Source: Octopus vulgaris
Lineage: Eukaryota
DNA: 64,000 nt
Assembly (NCBI GenBank): GCA_951406725.2
Contig: OX597827.1
Coordinates: 46,314,001 to 46,378,000, forward strand
Direction: 5' to 3'
A program made the translations under genes and the position numbers. Below are positions 14,221 through 28,378 of the stretch, one piece after another. Each line of letters opens with the position of its first letter. The first letter of the stretch is position 1. The notes beneath the pieces were generated by a model that made no database searches, had not been told where the DNA came from, and saw nothing but the letters and a program-made list of their open reading frames with translations.

Positions 14221-14271
14221 CATGTGGTTGGTAAGTAAGCTACTTACCATACAGTCACTCCTATGCCTATG

Positions 14272-14304
<33 letters not shown>

Positions 14305-16444
14305 ATATATATACATCATCATCATCATCATCATTGTTTAACGTCTGCCTTACATGCTGCCATGGGTTGGACGGTTTGACAGGAGTAGGCCAGGTAGAAC
14401 CCTACACCAGACTGTGTCTGTTTTGGTAGGATTTATATATATATATATAAAGCATCCAGGCCAACACCATGTAATAAGCACCTGTGCAGGCGTCACATAC
14501 AAGCACACCTGTGCTGGTGCCATGTACATGAACACCCATGCTGGCACCACGTAAAAAGCAGCTAGTACACTCTGTAAAGTAGTTGGCGTTAGGAAGGGCA
14601 TGCAGCCGTAGAAACCATGTCAAAACAGACAACTGGACCCCAGTGCAGCCCTCTGGTATGCCAGACTCTTGATTCAACATTAACATTGTCTGACTCTCTG
14701 CTCAACATCAACACTCTGACCCCACTCCACTGTCCAACCCATGCCAGCATGATGATGATGATGATGAAGACGATGATGATATTGATGATATATACGAGCT
14801 GTATCTAACCACTAGTTATTATATATACTCTAGAACGAGTCCCTGTTATACTATTAATATTGTATCAGATACTAAATAATATCCTACGCATTATGCACGC
14901 ATGTGAGCATGCATGCGTAAATAAACGCAAGCATGGTCGAAGGATTAAAAAGTGAGCCTCGGAATAATGAGGGCCGGGTTCGATCTCACTATATGGTATC
15001 TTGGGCAAGTACTGTTTACGAAACAGAGTAGAGGGAAACTGGATGGAAGTTCGTTGGATGGGATGTACTTGTAATTCAATGGATCGACCTCGTCATACAC
15101 TGACTCTACGTAAGGGAGCAAGTGTCCGCGGAATAACCAGCCACTTACACTACAATTCGATAAGCATGTAGTGCAGTTGATGATCGAACAGCTGGAATAG
15201 TCAGCATCGAAACAGACGGAGATCCATCTGAAATGTCACGCTTCTAGCATTCATGACTCTTTTACGGATAAAAAACAGCATCAAAATCTTTCGTAGTAAA
15301 CCCTGATCTGGTCACAAAAAAAAATCTACCTTTATATATATATCATCATTATTATTATTATTTGTACTACGACGGATGGCTGTAACAGCCCTCCACCGAT
15401 ATCCCCGAAGTTGGCACTGCACTCCGGTTAGAATTTTTCAAAAATAATATAAAATCCCTTCCTGAATCATTTATATATTCATTAATTACTTCTCTACTTA
15501 CATTTAAAATGTTTCCGTTGTATTTCCAAGTAACTTGCACAGTTCCACAGTCTGTACAGAAAAAGATAAATCTCAGAAACATGGGAGACAACTGGCTTAA
15601 CGACCTGCCCAGTTCGTTCTATTTCTCTCTCTCCCTCAAACACACTCGCATACATAACATTAATATACGGAGTGGATATCCGAGTTACACATAACTTATA
15701 TGTATGCATGAGTGTGTTATGTATGTGAAGGTGCGTGGTCCAGTGGTTAGGTTGTTACGATCACGAGATCGTGAGTTCGATTCCAGGACCGGGCGGTGCA
15801 TTGTGCTCTTGAGCAAAACACTTCATCTCACGTTATTCTCCGAGCTGGCAGAAACGTTAGCACGCCGGGCGAAATGCTTAGCGGTATTTCGTCTGCGTTA
15901 CGTTGTGAGTTCAAATTCCGCCGAGGTCGACTTTGCCTTTCATCCTTTCGGGGTCGATAAATTAAGTACCAGTTACGCACTGGGGTTGATGTAATCGACT
16001 TAATACCTATGTCTGTCCTTGTTTGTCCCCTCTATGTTTAGCCCCTTGTGGGTAATAAAGAAATAGGTATTTCGTCTGCGTTACGTTGTGAGTTCAAATT
16101 CCGCCGAGGTCGACTTTGCCTTTCATCCTTTCGGGGTCGATGAATTAAGTACCAGTTACGCACTGGGGTCGATGTAATCGACTTAATACCTATGTCTGTC
16201 CTTGTTTGTCCCCTCTGTGTTTAGCCCCTTGTGGGTAATAAAGAAATAGTTATTATCCGATCACTTAGACGTCTGACTGTGGCACAGCGTGCACCTGTAC
16301 AGGCAATGACGATCTGATGGAGAGAGTGGGCTAATAATGTACAGCATAAACAAACAAATCAACTGAACAGGTTGCTCAACAAGAAACTGCACACCGGATC
16401 CCAACTTTTCCTCGCACTCGACAGACTACCAATATATCTTTGCA

Positions 16445-16830
16445 AGTGGAGGTGCAATGGCCCAGTGGTTAGGGCAGCGGACTCAGGGTCATAGGATCGC
16501 GGTTTCGATTCCCAGACCGGGCGTTGTGAGTGTTTATTGAGCGAAAACACCTAAAAGCTCCACGAGGCTCCGGCAGGGATGGTGGTGTTCCCTGCTGTAC
16601 TCTTTCACCACAACTTTCTCTCACTCTTACTTCCTGTTTCTGTTGTACCTGTATTTCAAAGGGCCGGCCTTGTCACTCTCTGTGTCACGCTGAATATCCC
16701 CGAGAACTACGTTAAGGGTACATGTGTCTGTGGAGTGCTCAGCCACTTACACGTTAATTTCACGAGCAGGCTGTTCCGTTGATTCGGATCAACCGGAACC
16801 CTCATCGTCGTAACCGACGGAGTGCTTCCA
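16445..16830 (+). mobile_element. tRNA-derived SINE family C, representative copy; others at ~30987-31293, 42470-42648, 58205-58583, tail fragment 2470-2643
   Basis: tggcccagtggttagggcagcggactc..ggtttcgattccc head with A/B boxes; shared body. Confidence 0.8.
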
Positions 16831-18423
16831 TCCATTCATATCTTTGCAAATTCTTACTTTTCTTTCAATCACGGAATTTTTTATTTTAACACTTTTAGTT
16901 CTCAAACAAAATTAACAAATAAATGGGAGTTTTTTCGTTTCTTTTTTAAAGTACTCGAGAGGTTGTGTTTACATATACTATTTCTTTACTACCCACAAGG
17001 GGCTAAACACAGAGGGGGACGAACAAGGACAGAGAAACAGATTAAGTCGATTATATCGACCCCAGTGCGTAACTGGTACATATTTAATCGACTCCGAAAG
17101 GATGAAAGGCAAAGTCGACCTCGGCGGAATTTGAACTCAGGACGTAGCTGAGCATTTCGCCCGGCGTGCTAACGTTTCTGCCAGCTCGCCGCCTTTCTTT
17201 GTGTTTACATATACATATCTATAAACACTTGCATAGATACAAATTCTCCCGATACAAGCGTACGCGCACACACATGCGCACGTATATACTTGTACACACA
17301 CACAGACATGTACACACATACATATACAAATATACATACACACATACATGCACACACACACACACGCGCGCACATATATATGTATATACGTAGACACACA
17401 CATTATAGATAGATATGTTTCTTTATTAGCCACACAGGGCTGCACACAGACAGAACAAATTACAAGGTAGAGCTTTTCTTTTGGGGATAAAAAAAAGGGG
17501 GTTGGTTTTCGATCAAAAGGGATCGTAAAAGGAAAGAAAGAGGACAAAAAAGGGGAGGATTTAAAAAAAGGGGCGGGAGAGGGAAAAAAAGAAAAGGGGA
17601 GAGGATAGATAGATAGATAGATATGCACACACACACACACATTCCCTAACACTTGTAAACACACATTTTCATTTACTTCTCTCAACTATACAAAACTGGT
17701 GACAACGAAATTATAAGAAAAAGCGAATTCCATCTCGTCACATTTTACTTTTTTAATTGCTAATTGAAAATTTTAAAAAATACTAAACAGAAATATACAA
17801 ATATTCCCGGCATAAACAAAATATTCGAGAAGGGGGGGGAGGATACGAAACTAATGTTCCTTTCCAAGAAGAAAAGCTAGCATTTTATTTTTTTTTTATC
17901 AACAAATTCAAATTGTCATAGAATAAAATCAAAACAAAACTCTAAAATTTATTATGTCATATAATGAGAAATTAGAAATTAACATTTTCATTAAGAAAAA
18001 AAAAATCATTCACGTAATTGCAAAATGAAAATTTCATTGGAAATATTGATTTAATCAATTGATAAATAAATATGGATAGATTGTCAAATGCATAAAGTCG
18101 TAAATTTCAGAAGAATAAAATAGATTATATTCACACTGTAATTGACTGGTATTATATTTTATCGATTCCGAAACAATTAAAGACTAGCTTAAACCACGAA
18201 GGGGCTGGAAGACTCGACCTGACTTATTTACACTAGAATCAGATATTTAAGTAGTTATTTTTCTATCCATCTTTACGTTCCAAATCCAAATTTCACCGAG
18301 GTCGACTGTGCGTTTTATCCTTTCGGAGCCGAAGAAAAATAATCGTACAGGTTGAGCGATAGGGTCGATATAATTGACAAGCCCCCGCCCCCAATATTTC
18401 AGGCCTTGTGCCTATAACAAAGG

Positions 18424-18473
<50 letters not shown>

Positions 18474-18744
18474 ATGCCGCCGAGGTCGACTTTGCCTTTC
18501 ATCCTTTCGGAGTCGATAAATTAAGTACCAGTGAAACACTGGTGTCGAGGAAACCGACAAGTCCCCCTTCCTTCAAATTTCAGGCCTTGTGCCTTAAACA
18601 GAAAGGATTATTATTGTCGACTTTGCTTTTCATCCTTTCGGGGGGGGGGGGTCGATAAAAGAAGTACAAGTCGAGCGCTGGAGTCAATGTAATCGACTTA
18701 CCCCTCCTCTCGAAATTTCTGGCCTTGTGCCAAAACTCGAACGA

Positions 18745-18800
<56 letters not shown>

Positions 18801-20994
18801 CAAAAACATTAAGATGTTTATTTAATGCAAAGATGGTTTAACCGATTGAAACGTTGCTAATCAATTACTCTTATTTTAGCGACTCTGACGAGACATGAGA
18901 GGTTAAAAGCATTAACGGAGGGAAACCCAAACACAGAAATACACCTGCTGTAATAATAATACATATATATACACCATTAAGTCTCGTCTTAGATAGTAAC
19001 AATAATCAATACGTGATCGAGCGATGCTGATAGAAGTAGCGACCAAATTCTTTTAAATCATACCCGACCATCTTCATGCAGGAATGACGTTTGGACGACG
19101 TAGCCCATGATATATATATATTTCTTTACTGCCCACAAGGGGCTAAACATAGAGGGGACAAACAAGGACATACAAAGGAATTAAGTCGATTACATCGACC
19201 CCAGTACGAAACTGGTACTTTATTTATCGACCCTGAAAGGATGAAAGACAAAGTCGACCTCGGCGGAATTTGAACAGTCCATGATATATATATAACCATA
19301 CGGGATGGTCAGTCCTGGAATACGTTTGATCCGAAGTCTATTCACTCAGGACTGTCATTTAGCTAAACAACAAAATAATGAATAATGATTGTTTTTTACA
19401 TTATATAAATATCATTTGTTTTAGTTGATTTGATGGTGACATGTATCAAATTACTGGTCCTTATTGGCCCGGGAGGAATGAAACGGCGAAATGTAATTGG
19501 ATTTAACAGACACAAGACCATTTTTATTTGTTCAGTGAATTATCATCATTCTTGCCGACTCTGATCACTCTTAGGAATAATTCATCATATGCTTTTAATT
19601 ATAAATAACATCAGGTTGGTCATATGATCAAACATTCCAATCGTGACAATCACGTCTATTTCTCTCTCTCTCTCCATTCACATTATCCCGTATGCAGAAT
19701 CCCTTACCGAAGACGGCAAGGTATGATTGGAGTAAAATGTGGCTGCTATTTCTAGCAGGCAGATCGGTTATATAGAGGCCCCCTTGTTTATCAGGGTTTT
19801 AATCGTATTTGCTAAATACGCCGGTGTCGTGGAGTAGAGGGAAAGCAAAAAAAAAAAAAAAGAAAAAATCAATTACAGCGGCAACGGTTTCGATTCCTGG
19901 ACGAAACCACATCACTTTGTTACGATTATTATTATTATTATTATTTGTGATATGAAGATTAACTTCTCACTTTCATTCTCCTATATAAATTAAATGCTTC
20001 ATGTCTAATTAATCTTTCTATACAGGTATCGAACAGTAAATATGTAATTAACATTAATAATAAATTTTCCTAACTACATAGGTGGCTGGAGAAAGTGGAA
20101 TCGGTAATGTCCAAGACTTTATCCAAAATGTTGCAGTTAGTAAAGTTAAAAGAAATAACGAAATACAACAAATAATAATAATAATAACGTTAATCGTAAT
20201 AATTACAATTAGCGCCGTATTAATTACTGTGAGTGTCTGTGTGTGCAGTATAAAGTAAAATATGCTTGATACCAACCTATTAAATAGACGACATCTTTCG
20301 GAGGTAACCAGTAAAAGGTTATCGAAATATGTAAATATTACAAATATATGTTAAAGCTGTATAGGGATAACTACGGATAACCAAGAGCGACATAAATTGT
20401 TATCGAGGAAACTAGTATTAATAACTAACGAAAAATATTAACTAAAAAAATGTGTGGTACGGTGTCTATTCTAAATGCTACTGCACCTCAGTTTATTTTC
20501 TTCCTTTCTTTCTGTCTTTGTTCGTTTGTTCTGTCTGTGTTCGTTTTCTTTTCTTTTTTGTAACAGAAATATAAGTCACGGGGATTAGATAAATTATATC
20601 ACTTGTACCATAAGCTAGTTATGCATCTTGACATAAAATAATGTTCAAATATTGGTTTTAATGTGGAGTGCTTTGTATGTAGTTCTTTCAGTTGTCGTTG
20701 ATATTTTGATTTATATTGTTTTATTTTTTGTATACACATTAGTTCATTACATATATTAGTTTAAAAATTCCATATTTGAAAACATAAAAAAAAAAAAAAA
20801 TTACCTGATTGATTTTTATTCAACTGTATTTTCTAATGACACTCCTAAAGAAGTGCTGATCACTTAAAGCAGAGGGAAGCTGTAGAAGAGGGAGACCCAG
20901 GGAGACATGGAATGAAATATTGAAAACCAGTCTCAAGATGCTGAGCCTTACAAAGGAGATGAAACCGGACCAAGACATGTGGTGCAATGCTGTA

Positions 20995-21195
20995 CAGTTA
21001 TTCCTCAACTATTGCAGGTGTTGCATTCCAAAACCTCCCACAGAAGTAATTAAAATCTAAAAAAATATAAATACCTATCGGCCACAGAAACCCATATTGT
21101 AGTGAGCATGCGATAGGTGAACTGCGACGTACTGAATGTGCAATGGGTGAACCATGATGTACTGAGTGCACGATAGGTGAACAGAAGTGAGATTC
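20995..21195. mobile_element. pogo/Tigger-like MITE copy with internal ~30-bp unit repeated three times
   Basis: homologous to 51660-51865; gtactgagtgcacgataggtgaac-like unit x3. Confidence 0.6.
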
Positions 21196-22209
21196 TAAAA
21201 CCAAGGGGCCACAATAAAAAAGCCTTGGGATGGGTGCTGGTGCCATGTAAAAAGCACTGGTGATGGTGCCACATAAAAAAAGCACCCAGAACATTCTGTA
21301 AAGTGGTTAGTATTAGGAAAGGTATCCAGCTGTAGGAATCAATCCAAGATAAGTTATGGAACCTGGTGCAGCCCCTGGTCTTGTCAGTTTCTGTCCAACT
21401 CATGCAAGCATGGAAAATGGATGTTAAATGTTTATGATGATAATGATGATACATTTTCTAATGAGCATCAAATCTAGCTACACAGCTGAAATTATAGAAC
21501 AGACATGGCCAACCTTTTCTGAGAAGTGGCCTGCTTGAGACATGGCTCATTATCAGATAGGCTGGACTACTTAAATAATTCGTGGTAAGTAGCTTGCTTA
21601 CGAACCACATGGTTCCAGGTTCAGTCCCACTGTGAGGCACCTTGGGCAAGTGTCTTCTACTATAGCCTTGGGCCAACCAAAGCCTTGCGAGTGGATTTGG
21701 TAGATGGATACTGAAAGAAGCCCGTCGTATATATATACATGTATGTATATATACGTATATGTATATGTATGTGTGTGTATATGTTTGTGTGTCTGTGTGT
21801 TTTGTCGTCCCAACATCGCTTGACAACCGATACTGGTGTGTTTACATCCCTGTAACTTAGTAGTTTGGCAAAAGAGACCAATAGAATAAGTACTAGGCTT
21901 ACAAGGAATAAGTCCTGGGGTCGATTTGCTCGACTAAAGGCAGTGCTCCAGCATGGCCGCAGTCAAATGACTGAAACCAGTAAAGAGTATGTGTGTGTGT
22001 CTCAGTATCTTGACATTGTGTGATGTCAATACAGAAGGATCATTTGTTTCCAATCTTCCATGAAAACGTGTCTGGTAATGGGGAAAAATTATCTGCAAAC
22101 AGGTGATGACAGGTGGCAGCAAATTCTTTATAACCCCTGCAAGCATGGAAAAATAGACATAGAAAGTAGGAGGAGGAGATGGAGGATGATGATGATAGTG
22201 ATGATGATA

Positions 22210-22240
<31 letters not shown>

Positions 22241-23215
22241 CGACGACAACGATGATGACAATGATGGTGAGTTTATGGTGATGATAATGATGACGATTAT
22301 GACAATGATGATGATGATTACGATGATAAGTTTATAGTGATGATGGTGAAGATGATGAGTTTATTGTGATGATGATAAGGATGATGAGTTTATGGTGATG
22401 ATGGTGGTGATGGTGATGATGATGACGCTGATGATGAGTTTATGGTGATGATGATGATGATGATGACACCAAGTAGCATTGAACTCGATAAAATACCTAT
22501 GCCTAGTGTTTCTCTGAAGAGAAAGGAAGAGCATCCATGATATAAGAAAGTGAAGAGCCTTTAAGTAGAAATTAGAGAAAAAAATGGGAACGCAGGCTTG
22601 TTGTTCTCAGCTCTCCAAGAGCTTACCTTTGTATTAAAATAAGATTAGAATATGGAAATATGTTAATTGTAATAAATTATAATAATTTTCTGCACAGGTG
22701 CCAGTGTGGCTGTGTGGTAAAAAGTTTGCTTCTCAACCACATGGTTTAAGGTTCAGTCCCACTACATCGCATCTTAGGCAAATATTTTCTATGATAGCCA
22801 CCTTGGGCTGACAAAATCCTTGTGAGTCAATTTGGCTGATGAAAACTGAAAGAAGCTTGTAGTATTTATATATATGTAAGCATATATCTATATGCGTGCA
22901 TGTGTGTGTGCTTGTGCTTGTTCCCCAACACCACCACCACAATAAATAAGAGAGAGAGAGAGAGAGATCACATGACCAGTGACTGGAGGATTATCAGGTT
23001 CTTATCAGCTCTAAGGTTTCTGAAGATGCATGCTCTCATTTAGATGCAAACACATACTGACAGGCTCATGCAGTTACTAAATATCTGAAAGAAATGTCTG
23101 CATAATATTTCCATGTTGTTACCTTCTTATATATAATTTATCTATCTATCTATCTATCTATATATATATATATATATATATTTATCAAAAGAAAAACAGG
23201 ATGCAAAGGATTTAG

Positions 23216-23300
23216 CGGTACATATGTTTCTGGCTTTATTGAACAATTTATATCAATGCATAATTGATATAACATGTAGGTCAACAGCCTTCTTCAGCCG
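23216..23300 (-). ncRNA. type I hammerhead ribozyme motif, slightly degenerate
   Basis: minus strand: cgg-CTGAAGA-aggct..agcca-GAA-ACATATGT-A-ccg; A.A mismatch at base of stem II. Confidence 0.6.
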
Positions 23301-24163
23301 TATACAATTACCACACCAAAGACATGTAGGCTGAAGAAGGCTGTTGACCTATATATCCTATCACCTACACCACTAGCTGGCATATACAGGTGCTTACAGT
23401 TATCACGTATATATATATATATATATATATATATTATCCTTTACTTGATTCAGTCATTAGGCTGCAGCCATGGTGGGGTGACACCTTGATGAATTTACCC
23501 TGGTACTTTTTTTTTTTTAAGCTTGGTATTATTCTACTGGTCCATTTTGCCAAACTGTTGAGTTATGGGGATGTAAACACACCAACACTGGTTGTCAAGC
23601 AGTGGTTGGGGGAACAAACACAGACACACACACATACATACATACAACAGGCCAGGTTTCTTTCAGTTTCCATCAACTAAATGTTTTTCGCATGGCTTTG
23701 GTCTGTCCAAAGCTATAGCAGAAGACACTTACCCATGGTGCCATGCAGTGGGACTGAACCCAGAACCATAAAGAGGTCTAGAATTAAACTGAAGAGTTTA
23801 CTGAAGAGGTCTAATTTGAGTTAAACACGACTGAAGTTGTCTCTCTTGACTTGATAAAACAATTAAAAGAATATTAGCCACTAAGCCAACATTATCAATT
23901 ATCTCATTATGTTATTAGTTTTTAATTATCTTTTTGATGTTCACTTTATTTAAATATGCTAACACTAGCCTGGCTATTGTCTTTTTTTTATTACAATTGG
24001 AGAAATTTTTATTATAGCTTAATTATCTCTTATTTTATACAACTATGAAATGACAGTGAAATAGTTTTTTTTCTTTTTTGGCATTAAGGCAAAGCAGGGA
24101 AATCTGTAAAGTAGATTGCTTGCATACTTATTGGATAAATGTGTGTGTTTGTGTGCATGTGTA

Positions 24164-24194
<31 letters not shown>

Positions 24195-26007
24195 AAGAGG
24201 AAGCAGACTTGTTAAGAAGTTCTTTTCATTAACTTAAGGTACACATTCTTTCATTTATTTACTTGTTTCAGTCTGTGGCCATGCTGGAGCACTGCCTTTT
24301 AGTCGAAGACATCGACCCCTCGGCTTGTTCTTTGTAAGCCTGGTGCTTATTTTATTGGTCGCTTCTGCCGAACTGCTAAGTTACGTGGGACATAAATGCA
24401 CCAACATCAGTTGTCAAGCGATAGTGGGTGGGGACAAACACAGACGCATAAAATATATAGGTGCTCCAGCATGGCCGCAGTCAAATGGCTGAAAGTAAAA
24501 GAATACATACATACACATACATATATATATATATATATAATGACGGGCTTCTTTCAGTTTCCATCTACCAAATCCACTCACAAGGCCTTGGTTGGCCTGA
24601 GGCTATTGTAGAAGATACTTGCCCCAGGTGCCACGCAGTGGGACCGAACCCGGAACCACATGGTTAGGAAGGAAGCTTCTTAGCAAATCTGTGCCTATGC
24701 AACATATTTTCTTACTTTGGACAGTTCTATGAATCTTTCCCTGCATTCCTTGTTGCGCAATATATTACCTTGGGGGCAGGGACCTTCCATATGGTTTTCC
24801 AGCAAAGTTTGAGAGGTAAAAATATCCTCACACATGTCTCATTTAAATGTCTCATCAACTGATCATTAAGCCACAAGTTATTTTAAACTGCTGTTCTACA
24901 CAAAGTCTTTCTCAAAGATTATACAATAAAACTAAATATCGGTTGATTGGGATGCCCGATGTTTCTACACCCTACATCATCATCATCATCGTCGTCGTCA
25001 TCGGCATTGTTGTCGTCATCATTTAACGTTCATTGCTCATGCTGGCATGGGGGGTTGGATGGTTTGACCAGCGAGCTGGCAGAATCATTAGCACGCTGGG
25101 TGAAATGTTTAGCGGTATTTCGTCTGCATTACGTTGTGAGTTCAAATTCCGCCGAGGTCGACTTTGCCTTTCATCCTTTCGGGGTCGATAAATTAAGTAC
25201 CAGTTACGCACTGGGGTCGATGTAATCGACTTAATACCTATGTCTGTCCTTGTTTGTCCCCTCTGTGTTTAGCCCATTGTGGGTAATAAAGAAATAGGTA
25301 TTTTGTTTGTCTCTACGTTCTGAGTTCAAATTCCGCCGAGGTCAACTTTGCCTTTCATCCTCTCAGGGTCGATTAAATAAGTACCAGCTATGCACTGGGG
25401 TCGATATAATCGAATTAATCCATGTCTGTCCTTGTTTGTCCTCTCTGTGTTTAGCCCCTTGTGGATAGTAAAGAAATAGGTTTGACCAGAGCTGGAAAGC
25501 TGGGGAGTTGCACCAAACTCCAGTCTGATTTGGCACGATTTTCTACGGTTGGATGCCCTTCCTGATGCCAACCACTCTGAGAGTGTAATGGGTGCTTCTA
25601 CATGCCACCAGCATGGGTGCCAGTTGTGTCCCACCAGTATCTGCCACAACTATCATTTCATTTAGCTTGACGGTTCTTCTTCTCAAGCACAGTATATTAC
25701 CAAAGGTCTCTCGGTCATTTGTCATTGTCTCATGGACCATACATCTTTAAATAGTCAAGTGGTATGATTTTTTTTCACCAGTGTGTAGCCTAACGTGAGT
25801 TAGCAAAGCATGTCATTGCATGAAATTTTCATTGCAAATCTCACAATCAAAAGCTTCTTATCTATATAGGTGTACTTAAGTGGAATTCTAAAAATCATAG
25901 CTAAGCATTAACATATAACTAAAAAAAATACTCTTTCTGCAACTCTCACAATGACACAATTTGTCTGTGATGCACATCCTCTGGTGTATTGTTAACAAGC
26001 TATTCAA

Positions 26008-26404
26008 TACTCTTTTACTTCTTTCAGTCACTTGACTGTGGCCATGCTGGAGCACCACCTTTAGTCGAGCAAATCAACCCCAGGACTTATTCTTTGTAAG
26101 CCTAGTACTTATTCTATCAGTGTCTTTTGCCAAACCGCTAAGTTACAGGGACGTAGACACACCAGCATCGGTTGTCAAGCGATGTTGGGGGACAAACACA
26201 GACACACAAACATATATACACATATATATACATATATATACGATGGGCTTCTTTCAGTTTCCGTCTACCAAATCCACTCACAAGGCTTTGGTCGACCTGA
26301 GGCTATAGTAGAAGACACTTGCTCAAAGTGCCAGGCAGTGGGACTGAACCCGGAACCATGTGGTTCGTAAGCAGTCTACTTACCACACAGCCACTCCTGC
26401 GCCT
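26008..26404 (-). mobile_element. tRNA-derived SINE family A, representative full copy; others at ~985-1462, 4236-4640, 7535-7940, 21581-21985, 22695-22935, 23440-23770, 24255-24700, 29435-29878, 29984-30375, 30395-30725, 40670-41150, 44442-44826
   Basis: head aggcgcaggagtggctgtgtggtaag..ggttcagtccc (Pol III A/B-box-like), conserved body, internal microsatellite; many dispersed copies. Confidence 0.85.
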
Positions 26405-27059
26405 ATGTGAAATATTTCCCATAAAGATTTCTGCAGCAAGTATAAGCTTTTAAGTTTGTGCAGTTTATAACAAGTCTTGACAGGTTTGGCTTCTTTCTGT
26501 TGAGAGTTTTACTTGACAAAACTATTGTAGAGATCACTCTAGAGTGTGGCCTCTTTCAGTGTACAGCACATCAGGAAGCAACTGAGCTAATTGATTTACA
26601 GTCAGCTCTGTACACATGTAATGCACATATACACAATACAGAATGTGTATATATGTTCATACTTACATACAGAGCTGTATCGTCTCTAAGTTGAAATATT
26701 TTGAAAATTATTAACAAAAAGAAAAGTTTTCTCCTTTATTTTCTGACCACAATGGTGTCCTTACAGACCATATCTTTTTTCTTGTTTTCTTTTTTACTGC
26801 CTCCCACAATAGTATCTGGCTGGTTGTGTTTTAATTTGGTAGCTGTTTTACTTTTTAAAGTTTCACCAATATTTTTTTGACTTTGTGGATTGGGCAATGA
26901 GATCTAATTACTTTTTGAAGTAGTTATCAATTGGCCCATACAGATTCAAGCCATCAACAATAAAAGGTCATATAGGAACAATATAGGAACAGGATCTGTT
27001 CCTATAAGTATTAGGTTTTGCAATCTGGGATGATAAGAGGTTTAATGAAAAAATAAAGA

Positions 27060-27400
27060 ACAGTAAAGAGAAGCTATCACCCTGGAGGATGCCTTGTTGG
27101 TAATATATGGTGTCAGATTTGATGCCTTCATTGTTACCTCTAAGAAGTAAAGAAGTGTACCAGTTTTTGGTCAGATGGTTGGTCAGCAGCTACCAGTGGT
27201 GCTGATACTTTGGCTAATTGCAGTGCTTTGATAATCCATCCATATGGTAGACTATCAAGGGTTTTGGGGGAGTCCAGCCATAACATAGCCAAGATTTTGT
27301 GGTTGTTTATTGTTCTTTCCCATATAATTTTTTTAATTAGTAGATGCTTCACATATCCCCGTGCTTTCTTCTTTTCACCAATTTGTTCAAGAATTACAAT
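27060..27400 (-). mobile_element. R4/Dong-like non-LTR RT fragment
   Basis: EQIGEKKKARG..LLI, MLWLD..KTLDSLPYGWI and QGILQGDSFS motifs. Confidence 0.7.
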
Positions 27401-28378
27401 ATTGTCGGCCAACTTAAAGAATGCCACAGTGCTGAAATATGCAGATGACATCAAGCTGTACCTCGAAATAAATAGGACAGATCCTGTACACTACAGATCT
27501 TTATTGCAATCAGACCTAGACACAAAGCAGCAGTGGATCATGGACTGGCAACTCAAGCTGGCTGTGTACAAATGTACCACCATGCATTTCGGGAGGAAAA
27601 TTCCAGCATCTACTTACTCTTCTTGTGAACGTGGCCTGGGCATTATTGTTGACAGCGATTTGTGTTGGACAAAACACATTGCTAAAATTGCCAAGAAGGC
27701 TGAGGGTGTCTTGGCATCACTTACCAAGTCCTTTGTGCCGCTCTCCAGCTATCTATCTGAGGCTTTATATAGCAATGGTGCAGCCTCACCTGGAATTTGC
27801 ATCACCAGTCTGGAACCCCTATCTTGCCCAGGATTTTAATCGTCTGGAAACTGTTCAGCGGCTTGCAATCAAGAGAATACCCTCCATCAGGCATTTGCCA
27901 TATTCTGAACGCCTTACTTCTCTGGGCATGGATACATTGAAACTCCGACATCTGGCAACTGACTTGGCAGACACCCATAAAATTATTAACCATCTTACTA
28001 ACAATAATTCCGACCACTTTTTCAAACTCCACCCGTCTAACACCTGTGGACATGTTTACAAAGTCAGAAAACAGCACAGCTCCCATGACTTTTGGAAACA
28101 TTTTTTCACACTAAGAGTTGCTGAAGCATGCAACAAACTGCCGGCATCAGTTGTTAGTTGTCGGAGCACTGCATCCTTCAAAACTTCCATGCTTCCTGAG
28201 ATCGCCAACACTACACCTGATTTTCTCCCCTCCATACACACGCAAGCATGTATCTAACTCATACACTGTTCACTTTCCAGACATTTGTACATTACAGCAT
28301 ATGTTTTATACGCACTTTTGACAAGTTGTAGTGCACCTGATCACTGTATACAATAATTTCATTATTATTATTATTATT
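27401..28378 (+). mobile_element. 5'-truncated CR1/L2-group LINE with frameshifted RT and (ATT)n tail
   Basis: KYADDIKLY, LQSDLD, GLGIIVDSDL, VQPHLEFASPVWNP motifs across two frames; ends caataatttc(att)n. Confidence 0.85.

Noticed and set aside
16445-16520. tRNA-like sequence with A and B boxes
   Set aside because: Head of a multi-copy SINE; no complete cloverleaf
23015-23065. ctgaaga-tgcat..atgca-aac motif
   Set aside because: No GAAA box and no stem I or III pairing
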